Part shown: positions 21,378 through 31,403 of the stretch, in pieces
Layout of the letters: the number at the start of each line of letters is the position of its first letter
How positions within the stretch are numbered: position 1 is the first letter of the stretch
NCBI GenBank assembly: GCA_030603365.1
Contig: JAUVXV010000002.1
Span: 160,001 to 224,000, forward strand
Reading direction: 5' to 3'
Length of the DNA: 64,000 nucleotides
Source: Candidatus Heimdallarchaeota archaeon
GTDB lineage: Archaea > Asgardarchaeota > Heimdallarchaeia > Heimdallarchaeales > Heimdallarchaeaceae
The notes under the pieces: generated by a model
What the model was told of the DNA's origin: nothing
The model's database searches: none
The model's input: the letters and a program-made list of their open reading frames with translations, nothing else
Translations under genes and position numbers: made by a program

Positions 21378-23423
21378 TTATGGACTAATACCTTTGATTC
21401 CAAAAAGATTCTTCACAACTGAATCTAATTCATATGTTTCTATTTCGCTGATATCTCCACGGTATTTATCTCCTGAAAGACCTTTAAAGGAGAGATTTTC
21501 TACAAGTCTATGCATTTTTCTTCTTAGCATAAAGCTATCGCGAAGAGCAATCACAACAACCGAGAAAATGTTGCTATAGAATTCGATAAGCAATTTGTAT
21601 TGTCCATGATCTATTGAAAGTACACCCTGTTTTTGATCAACAAACAATTCATTCATCAGATGACGAATAGCTGAAACAAATCCACCAAACAACAAATCAT
21701 CGCTTACGGTTACATCTTCACTTAAATAGGTTCTAATGGGGATTCCAGAACTGTGTAATATTAGTACGGCAATTGGTTTTTCTTCTTTTGGTGCAGCAAG
21801 TTTCTTTGATTCTTTTCTTAATACTGTAGAAATAGGTTTGATATCATCGATGAATTCAATCACGCTGTCATCATGTATTTTATCAACATGGCTTTCTATC
21901 GCTGCTTTAACTTGCTCAATTCTTTCATTATAATCATTTATTAATTTTGGAGTGTAGTTTCGAGCAAATTCCTCTCCTTTCTTCAAGAGGAATAAAGCTG
22001 TTTCAAAATCCAGTAAAACTATTTTGATTTTCGATCTAATATAGTAGATTATAGATAATGATTCATATTTTGCTTTTTCTTCCAAATATGTTATAATATC
22101 GTCCAAGCATTTGTCTGCTTCAATTAATTCTTCTAAACTCATTGTTATTGTGTATTTTTTCAGAAAAACTATTGTAAGAAGTACAAGTGTTTTGGAGCTG
22201 AGAATTTCATTTCCAAGCTCGTCTGCCATCAACATTGCTTTTTGTAGAAAATCTTGAGCATTACCATAATTATTTTGCTTGTATTCTATGAAACCCAAAA
22301 GAAATAGATAATAAGATTTTTGAGAAGGAGACTGTTGTGATTTGCTTTCCACATCAATTTTCCTCAGTAATTCTTCACTTTGAGAAATCTCATCTAGATA
22401 AAGAAGTATTTCAACATATTTCATCATCATTAACACATTTTTGAAATGTCTTTCTTTCAAAATCGTTAATACTTTCTCCATTTCTTGTTTTGCTTTTTCA
22501 AATTCTTCTTTAGCAAAATAAACATCTGCAAAGCTTGAATGGATCATGAAAAGAGAGCGATAATCATTTACCCAGCTTTTTATCTCTTTGTAGCTTTTAT
22601 TATACCAAAACATAGCTTCCTCATGATGTCCCATCTGTAGATAAACATCACCAATACTCGCCGTGACATGCCCTATTAGTCTATCAATTTTAACTTCTTT
22701 TGCTATTGCATCTCCTTTAAGAAAGAGCTGGTGAGCTAATTGGAAATTTCCTCTTTCTAATTCAATCATTCCTATTGTATTGTAGGTTTGTGCAAGATTG
22801 ATTCTGTCATTAAGAGCTTTGTTGATATTTAATGATTCTTTTGTCTTATCCCTTGCTAATGAAAGAATGTTTGTGTTCTGAAGATAGATAGAATCTAATT
22901 CTAGCATGTATATTTGGATTAATTTGAATGTATCCCTTGTTGAATCTGAATGAACACTCTCACTCAAAACATAGAAATTATAACAGTTTTCTCTGTTAGT
23001 AATATATGCTTCATAATCTTGAATTAAATAAGCTTCTACGGCAAGAACATAGTAAATAAAAGCATAAAAGATAGAATTCTCAAGTTCTTGTTTCAATTTC
23101 TGAATCTTGTCAAGGTAGATTTCTTTTTCTCCTGCATATAGATGACTCAAGGCGCACCAAAGTCCTAAACCTGGATCACCCTTTTTAGTATGTAGTTCAC
23201 AAATCTTATTCAATTTTCCTCGATGATAGAGTATCCTTCCTAAGAGAAAAGTAAAAGCATTAGATGGTTTATCAAGCTTTGAATAAAGTGTCAGTAACAG
23301 AGTTTCCAATTCATCAAGCTTTGATTCTGGTTGAAGACTTCCTTTCTCAAGTAGTAAGGTCTTTTCTTCCTCTGATAATAGAAGATAAACCGACATAAAC
23401 TCAGGAGGAAGTTTGGTCTTCAT
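21378..23423 (-). CDS. TPR-repeat protein with C-terminal longin-like domain
   Basis: TPR repeats; VLILHSSGIPIRTY...DDLLFGGFVSAI; clear paralogue of the previous gene. Confidence 0.7.
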   Translation of the reverse strand: MKTKLPPEFMSVYLLLSEEEKTLLLEKGSLQPESKLDELETLLLTLYSKLDKPSNAFTFLLGRILYHRGKLNKICELHTKKGDPGLGLWCALSHLYAGEKEIYLDKIQKLKQELENSIFYAFIYYVLAVEAYLIQDYEAYITNRENCYNFYVLSESVHSDSTRDTFKLIQIYMLELDSIYLQNTNILSLARDKTKESLNINKALNDRINLAQTYNTIGMIELERGNFQLAHQLFLKGDAIAKEVKIDRLIGHVTASIGDVYLQMGHHEEAMFWYNKSYKEIKSWVNDYRSLFMIHSSFADVYFAKEEFEKAKQEMEKVLTILKERHFKNVLMMMKYVEILLYLDEISQSEELLRKIDVESKSQQSPSQKSYYLFLLGFIEYKQNNYGNAQDFLQKAMLMADELGNEILSSKTLVLLTIVFLKKYTITMSLEELIEADKCLDDIITYLEEKAKYESLSIIYYIRSKIKIVLLDFETALFLLKKGEEFARNYTPKLINDYNERIEQVKAAIESHVDKIHDDSVIEFIDDIKPISTVLRKESKKLAAPKEEKPIAVLILHSSGIPIRTYLSEDVTVSDDLLFGGFVSAIRHLMNELFVDQKQGVLSIDHGQYKLLIEFYSNIFSVVVIALRDSFMLRRKMHRLVENLSFKGLSGDKYRGDISEIETYELDSVVKNLFGIKGISP

Positions 23424-23522
23424 TAAGTAATAATTTTTGTTATTCTTAAAAAAGATGACGAAAGTTCGCAGAGAAGGTTTTTAAGAAAAAAAATGAAATG
23501 GTAATGGAAACTTGGAAAATTT

Positions 23523-25538
23523 ATGACTGAAAGAACTTCACAAAATAATCTAGAATCGAGTGTTGAATTACTTTTATCCTTAAATCTGAAAGAAGAACAG
23601 GCTCACTCTATTCTTATTAAACTCTGGTTCCTAATTCGTAAAAGAAAGGAACTTCTGAGGTTTAGCAATAACCAAAAGCTCTCTATCGAAGATATGCTCA
23701 TTTCATGTTCTGAATCTTGGGGAGGTGTTTTACACAATTTTGAATATTACAAAGTTTCGAAAATAAAAATTAGCTTTAAACTATTCAAGAAACTGGAAGA
23801 ATTTCTAAAAGGAATAGACATCACTACTTTGATATATCGAATTAAAGATGACCAAACTCAAAAACTGCATGGTCGTTTCTTCTCACCTCATTTTGTTATT
23901 AATCCAATCCTCGATCAAATCAAGAACGAATTGCATCATTCTATCAGATTTTCAATTATTGATTTTTCAGCTGGATTAGGTTATTTTCTTACATCATTTC
24001 TTGGAATCCCACAAAGCACAGTATATGCTATAGAACTTGATCCACTTACTTTCGAAGTGATGCTACTTAGCTTTCTCTTCAATCCTGCACCAAGTAATCA
24101 CCAAAAAATGAGACTACTTCTCACTGTCAAGCAAGGAGATTCTTTACTCGGTTATCATGAAGACCTTTTCAATAGAATACTAAATAATTCCAAACAAAAG
24201 GAATTACTAATCGAATACATGAATACTAGACTTTCGATTCTTGATAAAGAAACAAATGATATTTCTCACCGTCTTAAAGAATGTTTTAGACTTCGAAACG
24301 AGATTTCAAAAAGTGATAATAATTTTAGTGACTTCAATTGGTTTATTGACTTTCCTGAGCTCTTTATTGATGCATATGGAAAGAAACTGGTCAAACCTGG
24401 AGTTGATTATGTGATAGGCAATCCACCTTGGATTTCTTATCCACAGATTAATCTTGAAAAGTATAGTAGGATTTTCAAACAATCTGAGTTTGCAGATTTG
24501 TTACATGGTAAGTTCAATTTCTATTTACCTTTTGTAATCCTAGCATATAAAATCGCTAAGATAAAAGGTGGAATGATACTGCCACAAGCACTGTTTACTG
24601 AAGCTTATTCTCACAAATTTAGAGAATTTATTTTCAAGAATCAATCTCTTTATAATATTAGGCTTTGGGGTGCTAAAGGGTTTAAAAAAGTAGTCAATGA
24701 GTTTTGTACAGTAATGTGGGATCAGGAGAAAAAATCGGATACAATAAATTTAGTTTCCTCCAAAAGAGAAATTGATTCTAAAATAAGCTATTCACATATT
24801 CAATCACCATTTTACAGACTTCCCCTTATGCCAGCATACATCCTCGAAGATATAAAAGACATAATAAATCAGTCAAACAGATTAGATAAATTCATTGTTA
24901 CTAGAAGAGGTTTTACCCTAACCAAAAAGTATCAGATGGAATATAACAATAATAAATCAAAGAGTGATGAAAGCCAATTTAAGAAGATAGTTCGAAATAG
25001 TATTTTCACTGCAAACGAGAAGAAAGGAATATTCAACTTCCAAGTTTTTTATTCAGCTGATCAATTCGTTTACGATAGAAATCTTCTTGGAGCACCAGGT
25101 TCTGAAGAGATATTTGAACGACCAAAAATAATAAGGAGAAATAGAGGAAGACAATGGTTCATTGGACTGGATTTAGATCAGAATTTGTATGTTAATGATA
25201 TCTTTGACATCATATATGTACAAGATGATAAGATTTCTCTAAAAGCTCTATTTGGTTATCTGTGTTCTTCATTCATACAACTTCTTGCAGAAGGGTACTT
25301 ACAAAGAGATATTACATCAAATATTGTTAGGTCTCTTCCAATTCCTAATCTGGGAATAAAGGAACTTAGTCTCTTAGAACAAGAAGTGGATGGATGGATT
25401 AAATCAAGAAAAACTTTGAAAGATTTCGAGACATTGAGGAAAGGTATTGACTTAATACTATCGGAAAACTGTGGTTTCTTTTATAGTTTGGTTAACTATC
25501 TTAAGACTGAAGTTAAAATCAACTGGAAAGAAGTTTGA
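23523..25538 (+). CDS. N6-adenine DNA methyltransferase (Eco57I/TaqI-like, gamma class)
   Basis: G.FFSP, DFSAGLGYF (motif I), GDSL, FNW..DFPE, VIGNPPW (motif IV); TaqI-like target-recognition C-terminus. Confidence 0.8.
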   Translation: MTERTSQNNLESSVELLLSLNLKEEQAHSILIKLWFLIRKRKELLRFSNNQKLSIEDMLISCSESWGGVLHNFEYYKVSKIKISFKLFKKLEEFLKGIDITTLIYRIKDDQTQKLHGRFFSPHFVINPILDQIKNELHHSIRFSIIDFSAGLGYFLTSFLGIPQSTVYAIELDPLTFEVMLLSFLFNPAPSNHQKMRLLLTVKQGDSLLGYHEDLFNRILNNSKQKELLIEYMNTRLSILDKETNDISHRLKECFRLRNEISKSDNNFSDFNWFIDFPELFIDAYGKKLVKPGVDYVIGNPPWISYPQINLEKYSRIFKQSEFADLLHGKFNFYLPFVILAYKIAKIKGGMILPQALFTEAYSHKFREFIFKNQSLYNIRLWGAKGFKKVVNEFCTVMWDQEKKSDTINLVSSKREIDSKISYSHIQSPFYRLPLMPAYILEDIKDIINQSNRLDKFIVTRRGFTLTKKYQMEYNNNKSKSDESQFKKIVRNSIFTANEKKGIFNFQVFYSADQFVYDRNLLGAPGSEEIFERPKIIRRNRGRQWFIGLDLDQNLYVNDIFDIIYVQDDKISLKALFGYLCSSFIQLLAEGYLQRDITSNIVRSLPIPNLGIKELSLLEQEVDGWIKSRKTLKDFETLRKGIDLILSENCGFFYSLVNYLKTEVKINWKEV

Positions 25539-25569
25539 ATTTTTTCTGCCCTTAAATACTAATTTGTTG

Positions 25570-25720
25570 ATGATGTGGTTTTGTCATCTTGTCATATTAG
25601 CAAGAAAAGTTAAATATCTTTCTTAGAGTTCATCATGTAGAGCAGTGTAAATGTTCTATACTCACTCTGAGGGGATACATCACATATCCTCCTACCCCGT
25701 TCACCTTACACTTGGGTAAA
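25570..25720 (-). ncRNA. Putative omega/reRNA scaffold overlapping the tnpB 3' end (boundaries approximate)
   Basis: Hairpins at 25638-25658 and 25671-25692; position matches known TnpB omegaRNAs. Confidence 0.4.
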
Positions 25721-26892
25721 GCTTTCGGATCGCTTTTAACTAAAATATTGTAAGCTGCATTAACATCAGCATTGATAAAATGTCCTTGAGAAGATTTAAA
25801 CAACCCCCGTTTAACTCTTTTCCCCATATATCTGGTTTGAGTTTGGGGAAACTCGTTATCGAGAAAACTGCACTTAGAAGTGTACTCTTCTGGGATGAGC
25901 TCAACCTTTATCCCCCGTTCTGCAGCTTTATACGTGAGCATATTAATGATCCGCATGAAGGGGATGGTGACAAACATTTGGGTGACTTTTTTCCAGAAAT
26001 GCACCCCTTGTTTCCACTTCTTGTTGTAACCAATAACCACCTCGTGAAGATCTCGTTCAACCCACAATTCAACTAGATAATGGGTGAGTTTGTGGATAGC
26101 ATCTTTGAGTTTCATCCTCCACTTTTCACGCAATTGGTAGAAGGTTTTTCCATACTTCAATTTATTCTTGATTTTCAGCTGCTGACGTTGTTGCAGGACA
26201 TATTGTTCTCGTAATTGTGTCTGGTTTTTCAAATAATATTGAGTTATTGATTTTATTCCTCTCCCGTGATCCTTGATAACAATCGGTTGATTCCCGAGGT
26301 TATCCACAAAGGTCACAAGATTGGTCATCCCTAAATCGATTGCTCCCTTACGTCTGGGACGTTTCTTTAACTGAGGTAAGGTCTTGAGATAAATCAGTTC
26401 TATCGTATAGCCCACTTGTCTTGGTACGATTCGTACTTCTCGTAATTTCGTACTTGCTGTTAGTCTTGTCTTATAGTAATATCCTACCTTCTTGGGTAAC
26501 ACTAGCCACCCGTTCCTTATCATAGCTTGTTGGTTGCTGAAGATAGCCATCACCTCCCCATCTTTAGGTTTGTACCCAGGGGGACGGGGCATAGCGAAGA
26601 ACAACTTGGGATTCTTCTTCCACTCCTTGATTGCTCGAAAGAACGCTTTCCAATTTCTGGATAGGAGTTTGAGGGTATGCTGGGCTGTATGAACTGGTAA
26701 AATCTTATAGCATTCTTCGTTTTTGAGCAAAGAGTTGAGGTCATAATAGTACAGGAGCTTGTTCTGCTTATTAAGAGAGGTTTTGAAAAGGAAATTAGCT
26801 CGATTATAGAGATTCTTCACTTGATGACAAAGCTTGCTCAACGCTGGATGATAAGACACTTCTATACATTCAACTCGTAAGACCTGCGTCAT
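25633..26892 (-). CDS. tnpB: TnpB RNA-guided endonuclease (IS200/IS605/IS607 family, rearranged RuvC-II type)
   Basis: KNLYN.A, WK.F, P.PP.YK, AIDLG, VIGYN..WKQ, EEYTSKCS, INADVNAAYNI. Confidence 0.93.
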   Translation of the reverse strand: MTQVLRVECIEVSYHPALSKLCHQVKNLYNRANFLFKTSLNKQNKLLYYYDLNSLLKNEECYKILPVHTAQHTLKLLSRNWKAFFRAIKEWKKNPKLFFAMPRPPGYKPKDGEVMAIFSNQQAMIRNGWLVLPKKVGYYYKTRLTASTKLREVRIVPRQVGYTIELIYLKTLPQLKKRPRRKGAIDLGMTNLVTFVDNLGNQPIVIKDHGRGIKSITQYYLKNQTQLREQYVLQQRQQLKIKNKLKYGKTFYQLREKWRMKLKDAIHKLTHYLVELWVERDLHEVVIGYNKKWKQGVHFWKKVTQMFVTIPFMRIINMLTYKAAERGIKVELIPEEYTSKCSFLDNEFPQTQTRYMGKRVKRGLFKSSQGHFINADVNAAYNILVKSDPKALPKCKVNGVGGYVMYPLRVSIEHLHCST

Positions 26893-27153
26893 CAGTAGTT
26901 CAGTTGTATTTCCCTATAAAAGCTCCAGTAATATCTGGTCTAACGCATACATTCAAGGTATTTCGTTGTTCATTTAACATGACTACATGACAAAAACACA
27001 TCATAAACTAGCACAAAACGACGATAACATCATTTTTGTCGGTTATTTTTAGATTTTCAACAAAAAATTTGGTCTGTATGTAATACTCTAATCTAAGATG
27101 TATTACTTGAAGTTGAAAATTTTTTTTGATTAAATGAATAGTTAAGTCTTTCA

Positions 27154-27354
27154 TCACATCTTATGAAGTTGCTCAGACTCCCTTATATTGAGTTTATCTG
27201 GGATATTACGCTCATAATCCTCCTTTTCTAAGAATTCTGTAAGCGCATCTCGTACAAGCTCTGACCTCGAATCATAATTCCCCATTGACATCATGTCACT
27301 CATCCATTTAATCATGCTATCAGTGACTTTGAAAGTTATTAATCTCTTCTTCAT
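27154..27354 (-). CDS. Ribbon-helix-helix (CopG/Arc/MetJ) regulator
   Basis: LITFKV beta strand, then G.YDSRSELVRDAL. Confidence 0.85.
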   Translation of the reverse strand: MKKRLITFKVTDSMIKWMSDMMSMGNYDSRSELVRDALTEFLEKEDYERNIPDKLNIRESEQLHKM

Positions 27355-27622
27355 TGGTTGACCAAGCTATAAATTACGCACATCACATATATATTTTTTG
27401 TCGGTAACCTAAGAAAAAACGAAAATGTAATACCCAGATGTTACGACGGTATTATTAATTACATAAAGTTGACTCAAAAAACAGCTGATTCACTGTTTTT
27501 ATATTAGAAAATTTACTAGTATTTTAAAAATTATCAGGAACAATTTACAATTTATAATAGGCTTTTAAAAATAAACTAGACCCTAAAGAAAAAAACTTAT
27601 TTGTAAATTGAAAAAAATGATG

Positions 27623-28783
27623 TTATTCAGAGTCTTTATCAAATTCATCCAAGTCGTCCATGTCACTAGCTTCTTTCTTCCAGGTAGAGTATTTCTTCAT
27701 TATTGATTCAAGATCACCTGAAATTGTACGGGCTTCAGCTACTTGTGATGGTGGTAGTGGTAGTGGTTGCGGTTGCGGTTTTGGTTTTGATCTCTTCAAA
27801 TCATCGAACGATTTGATTTCCTTAATATCTATAATAGGCTTTCCTTCAATTTTCTCCTTTGATTCCTTCTCTTCTTCTACTTTTTCTAACCAGATTCTGT
27901 ATCGATCAATGTCTTCTACTTCTTTCTTATGATCTTTTATCATATTGAAAATTTCTGATCTGATTGGTTTAGAAGTGTCCCAACACATTTGCCACACTAA
28001 ATCTGTCTGATATTTTGAAAACTTTCGCGACATTTTTTTTTCCATGAATTGAGCGAATCTCCAGAATTTTTCTCCTAGTATTTCTGCAATTTTCTTCTCT
28101 GCAGTAACTTCATCTGATTCAATGCTTAAAACGGTTTGAATTCCCTCCAGCTGTTCATAAACATACTTCCTGATATAAGGCCATAAATTTGGAAATTCCA
28201 ATAATTCTTCTCTTTCAGAAAGTTGAACAATTGCTGGTGTTTCATCAACATGTTTTGTTTTCTTCGCCTGAACCGATCTGAGAAGAGCCTCTACATCTTC
28301 GTAGCCATTAGTTCTTGCAATCATTTTTAGTGCTGCATCAATTGAATATAACAAAGAGGCTTGATGTTCCAATTTGGATTCTGCCATTAAATCTTCTACG
28401 GCCAATTCAGAACCTATAGCACCTAGTGATAAAGCAACTCTACTTTTTATACTAACATTTGGGTCTTTTGTCAATGACACCAATAAAGCAGATATTGCTT
28501 GAGGTGAAGCAAATTTACCTAAAGCTCGTGATGCAGCTAATCGTATCTCAACTTCATTATCCATCAGACAGTAGATTAAGGTCTCAATAGATCTATGGTC
28601 AGAAATTTCAGCTAGAGCAATAATTGCATATGTTCTGTTCTCCAACGTATCCTGATTCACTACTTTAATTAGAGGTTCAACAGCTCTTTCATCTCTTAAA
28701 TCGCCTAGAGCAAGTATTGCTTCCTCTCTCTTTTCCTTTTCATCATGACTGAGCTGCTTGATTAACTTGTTAATATTAACCAT
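27623..28783 (-). CDS. HEAT (PBS-lyase-like) repeat protein with Pro-rich and acidic C-terminus
   Basis: R..AI.ALG.L.D.RAVEPLI repeats. Confidence 0.8.
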   Translation of the reverse strand: MVNINKLIKQLSHDEKEKREEAILALGDLRDERAVEPLIKVVNQDTLENRTYAIIALAEISDHRSIETLIYCLMDNEVEIRLAASRALGKFASPQAISALLVSLTKDPNVSIKSRVALSLGAIGSELAVEDLMAESKLEHQASLLYSIDAALKMIARTNGYEDVEALLRSVQAKKTKHVDETPAIVQLSEREELLEFPNLWPYIRKYVYEQLEGIQTVLSIESDEVTAEKKIAEILGEKFWRFAQFMEKKMSRKFSKYQTDLVWQMCWDTSKPIRSEIFNMIKDHKKEVEDIDRYRIWLEKVEEEKESKEKIEGKPIIDIKEIKSFDDLKRSKPKPQPQPLPLPPSQVAEARTISGDLESIMKKYSTWKKEASDMDDLDEFDKDSE

Positions 28784-28868
28784 TACAGTTAAACAAACTA
28801 CGCCAAATATTTAATTTTATTGCTAGAGAAAAGATATTTCACTCTCAATGATTGTAAAATAAACAAAT

Positions 28869-29834
28869 TTAGAGAAATTTTCTATTGCTATAATCTTCTT
28901 TAGCAATTAAAGTAACAGCTGAATCCTCTTTGTAATCGATAATCCTTAGTTCAGAGTCTTCAATTATCTGATCAGAGAAACTCTTTATCTTTTCAAACCT
29001 TGGCATAATCTCATATGAAAGCCTTTGTCGAGCATCCCCTACTGACATGAACCCTTTAGGTTCTAAATAATGAGCTTCTGATTTAAGAAAGAGATCTTTA
29101 TACAGAAGAGGTTCATCCATGTTATATCCTGGAACCAATGTTAAACGCATAACCTTCCTTGTATTGAGTGATGGTAAAAGGTCTACTGTATCCATTATTT
29201 TGTTCCAAGCATTTTTATCACTTGGTCTTGCTGTTTTGTCAAATAACTCTTGAGTAGGAGCTATCATTGTCACATACAATTGAGTAGGAAGAGGATCTAG
29301 TTTCTCCAAAACTTCAGGAGTTGTTCCATTGGTTACTAGAAAAGTAGTCATGCCTCTAGAATGGAATTCTTCAATAAGTTCACCAATTCTGGGGTAGAAT
29401 GTTGGTTCACCGCTCAGTGATATTGCAGCATGTTTAGGATTGAAAGCTTCTTCATACATAGATTCAGGTACTTTCGAATGTTTGTTGTAGCCAGCAATCA
29501 GCTTTCTCTGGTAGTAAATCATCTCGTCAACAATGTGTTCTGGATCATCAACTTTGCAATCCATCATCTTTTTATTATACCACGAAGCACTTCTCCAACA
29601 AAAAATACACTTTAAATTGCACCATATGGTTGCTGGAGTACATTGTAAGCATCTATGGGAATCAATACCATAAAATTTGCTTTTGTAGCAGACACCTTCT
29701 CCCTTTAATGAATGCTTTAACCATGTGCACGTTTTGACAGCAGAATGAGAACCAGCAATTCTATACTGTTGTTTCTCAAGCTTTTGTTTTACTTTTTCCG
29801 GAATAGTGCAATGTTCCTCTATCATGGTAACCAC
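28869..29834 (-). CDS. taw1: tRNA 4-demethylwyosine synthase Taw1/TYW1 (radical SAM)
   Basis: HSAVKTC.W, CYK.KFYGI.SHRC, CNLKCIFCWR, H.AISLSGEP. Confidence 0.95.
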   Translation of the reverse strand: MVTMIEEHCTIPEKVKQKLEKQQYRIAGSHSAVKTCTWLKHSLKGEGVCYKSKFYGIDSHRCLQCTPATIWCNLKCIFCWRSASWYNKKMMDCKVDDPEHIVDEMIYYQRKLIAGYNKHSKVPESMYEEAFNPKHAAISLSGEPTFYPRIGELIEEFHSRGMTTFLVTNGTTPEVLEKLDPLPTQLYVTMIAPTQELFDKTARPSDKNAWNKIMDTVDLLPSLNTRKVMRLTLVPGYNMDEPLLYKDLFLKSEAHYLEPKGFMSVGDARQRLSYEIMPRFEKIKSFSDQIIEDSELRIIDYKEDSAVTLIAKEDYSNRKFL

Positions 29835-29871
29835 AAAAAGGATATGATAGATAATATTACATTAAAGATTC

Positions 29872-30270
29872 TTATCTATCTACAAGACTGTCCAATGTAA
29901 TTTCATCCAAAAAACCAAATCTACTTTGATCGCTTAACCAAGATTGTGCTTCGAAATCGTTGGTAAAAGATCTAACTTTGTCCTTTAGTTCCTTGTTTTT
30001 TATTTTCTTCTTCTTCTTAGCGTAATAAAAGGCCATATTTTGAACTACATTACCTTTAGACCCCAATTTATCCGCTACAATATTAGCTAGATTTTCAGAT
30101 TCATCCCCCTCATAATTAGATAAATCTAACAAATAAAATAAAGGTTTTTTAGCATTCTCAACTTGTTCTTTAATGCACCTGGCTAACTCTTTTTCCATCT
30201 TGTCGTTGTACTTTCCCTCGAAATTCATACGAACAATTACTTTTGATAAGTATCTTACATGAATTGTCAT
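29872..30270 (-). CDS. Hypothetical protein, possibly STAS/SpoIIAA-like
   Basis: LLDLS.Y and F....EA..WL pattern. Confidence 0.5.
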   Translation of the reverse strand: MTIHVRYLSKVIVRMNFEGKYNDKMEKELARCIKEQVENAKKPLFYLLDLSNYEGDESENLANIVADKLGSKGNVVQNMAFYYAKKKKKIKNKELKDKVRSFTNDFEAQSWLSDQSRFGFLDEITLDSLVDR

Positions 30271-30412
30271 TGTTCACTTTACACCTATTATAACTCAGCT
30301 TCGTTGGAATATTTAAAAAAGATTTGTTCTAACCATATTTGCCTTACATGTGACTAATAATGTTAGAGAAAATCCTTAATAAATGGAATGTATCAGCTTT
30401 AAATGAACTATC

Positions 30413-31018
30413 ATGGTCCAGAAGGAAAATGAAGAAAAAAAAGACAAAGCAGATGAAGAAGAATCCTTTTTCAACAAATCAAGACGTTTAAGGGTTCTGA
30501 AATTTGGAATTGTAAGCTCTGTTGGATTAAGTATTAATTATTTGATAGTTTTCTTGATGCTATTGATTCTAAATATCGCTATTTTTTCACCATATTTCTG
30601 GTCATCAAAAATTATAAGTTCACCAGATTTTCTTGCAAGATTTTTCACTGACACTGATATTCTCTTCAGCATTTGGTTCTTAGATATTTCAAGAGTACTC
30701 GTTTCTCAAGCTGTAGCAATTCTGATAGTTATGATTTATAACTATTTCATTAATAAGATTTGGACTTTCAAGGAACAGGAAGAAGAAGCAGAATTCAACA
30801 CTTTATATCAATTCATTAAATTCGCTGCTGTCGGAGCACTTGGAACAGTTATCAATCTAGGTCTAGTGTATCTCTTTTATGATGTCATTGGATGGAATGA
30901 ATACCTTGCAATTACTATCGGGTTTGTGGTTTCAGTTTTCTCCAATTTTATTCTAAATGATATCTGGACATTTAATCCTAAATTTGGTAAGAAGAAAACA
31001 GAACAAGAATCAAACTAA
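30413..31018 (+). CDS. GtrA family flippase-like membrane protein
   Basis: KF..VG...T.IN and N(Y/F)..N.IWTF, each occurring twice. Confidence 0.85.
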   Translation: MVQKENEEKKDKADEEESFFNKSRRLRVLKFGIVSSVGLSINYLIVFLMLLILNIAIFSPYFWSSKIISSPDFLARFFTDTDILFSIWFLDISRVLVSQAVAILIVMIYNYFINKIWTFKEQEEEAEFNTLYQFIKFAAVGALGTVINLGLVYLFYDVIGWNEYLAITIGFVVSVFSNFILNDIWTFNPKFGKKKTEQESN

Positions 31019-31377
31019 ACTTCTTTACCACAGCTTGAACAGAAGGTTGAATCAGTTTCCATTCTAAAACCACAGTTTTCACAAAAACTTACTGTTGGGT
31101 CATTATTTTTTAAATGGACTAATTGTTGATCGCTCTTATATCTCTTCTGAACATTACCATAGTAACTGTTCAAGTTATCATACATCACTTTGGTTCTTGA
31201 AGAAACGCCTCTTCTTGCTAAAAACCATAACAAACCTGCTATGAAAATGCAGATACCAGATACAACGAAGAATACCGTAATGTCATCATAAAAAAGGAAG
31301 TAAACTCCCACTAGTGCAGCTGCTAAAAGGAACCAAGAAAAACTACCAAAACGGTATCGTTTACGTTCCCCAGCCAT
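31015..31377 (-). CDS. Membrane protein with C-terminal double zinc ribbon
   Basis: Two TM helices; FCENCG...FCSSCG. Confidence 0.75.
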   Translation of the reverse strand: MAGERKRYRFGSFSWFLLAAALVGVYFLFYDDITVFFVVSGICIFIAGLLWFLARRGVSSRTKVMYDNLNSYYGNVQKRYKSDQQLVHLKNNDPTVSFCENCGFRMETDSTFCSSCGKEV

Positions 31378-31403
31378 AGTGAATCAATCTTAAACATAGA
31401 CGA

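Larger units (their letters stand above)
25570..27004 (-). mobile_element. Non-autonomous tnpB-only element bounded by imperfect 28-30 bp inverted repeats
   Basis: Higher GC than flanks; 25570-25597 is the reverse complement of 26977-27004 at 24/28; no tnpA. Confidence 0.7.

Noticed and set aside
25550-27020. Target-site duplication around the tnpB cassette
   Set aside because: No direct repeat found at any plausible end position
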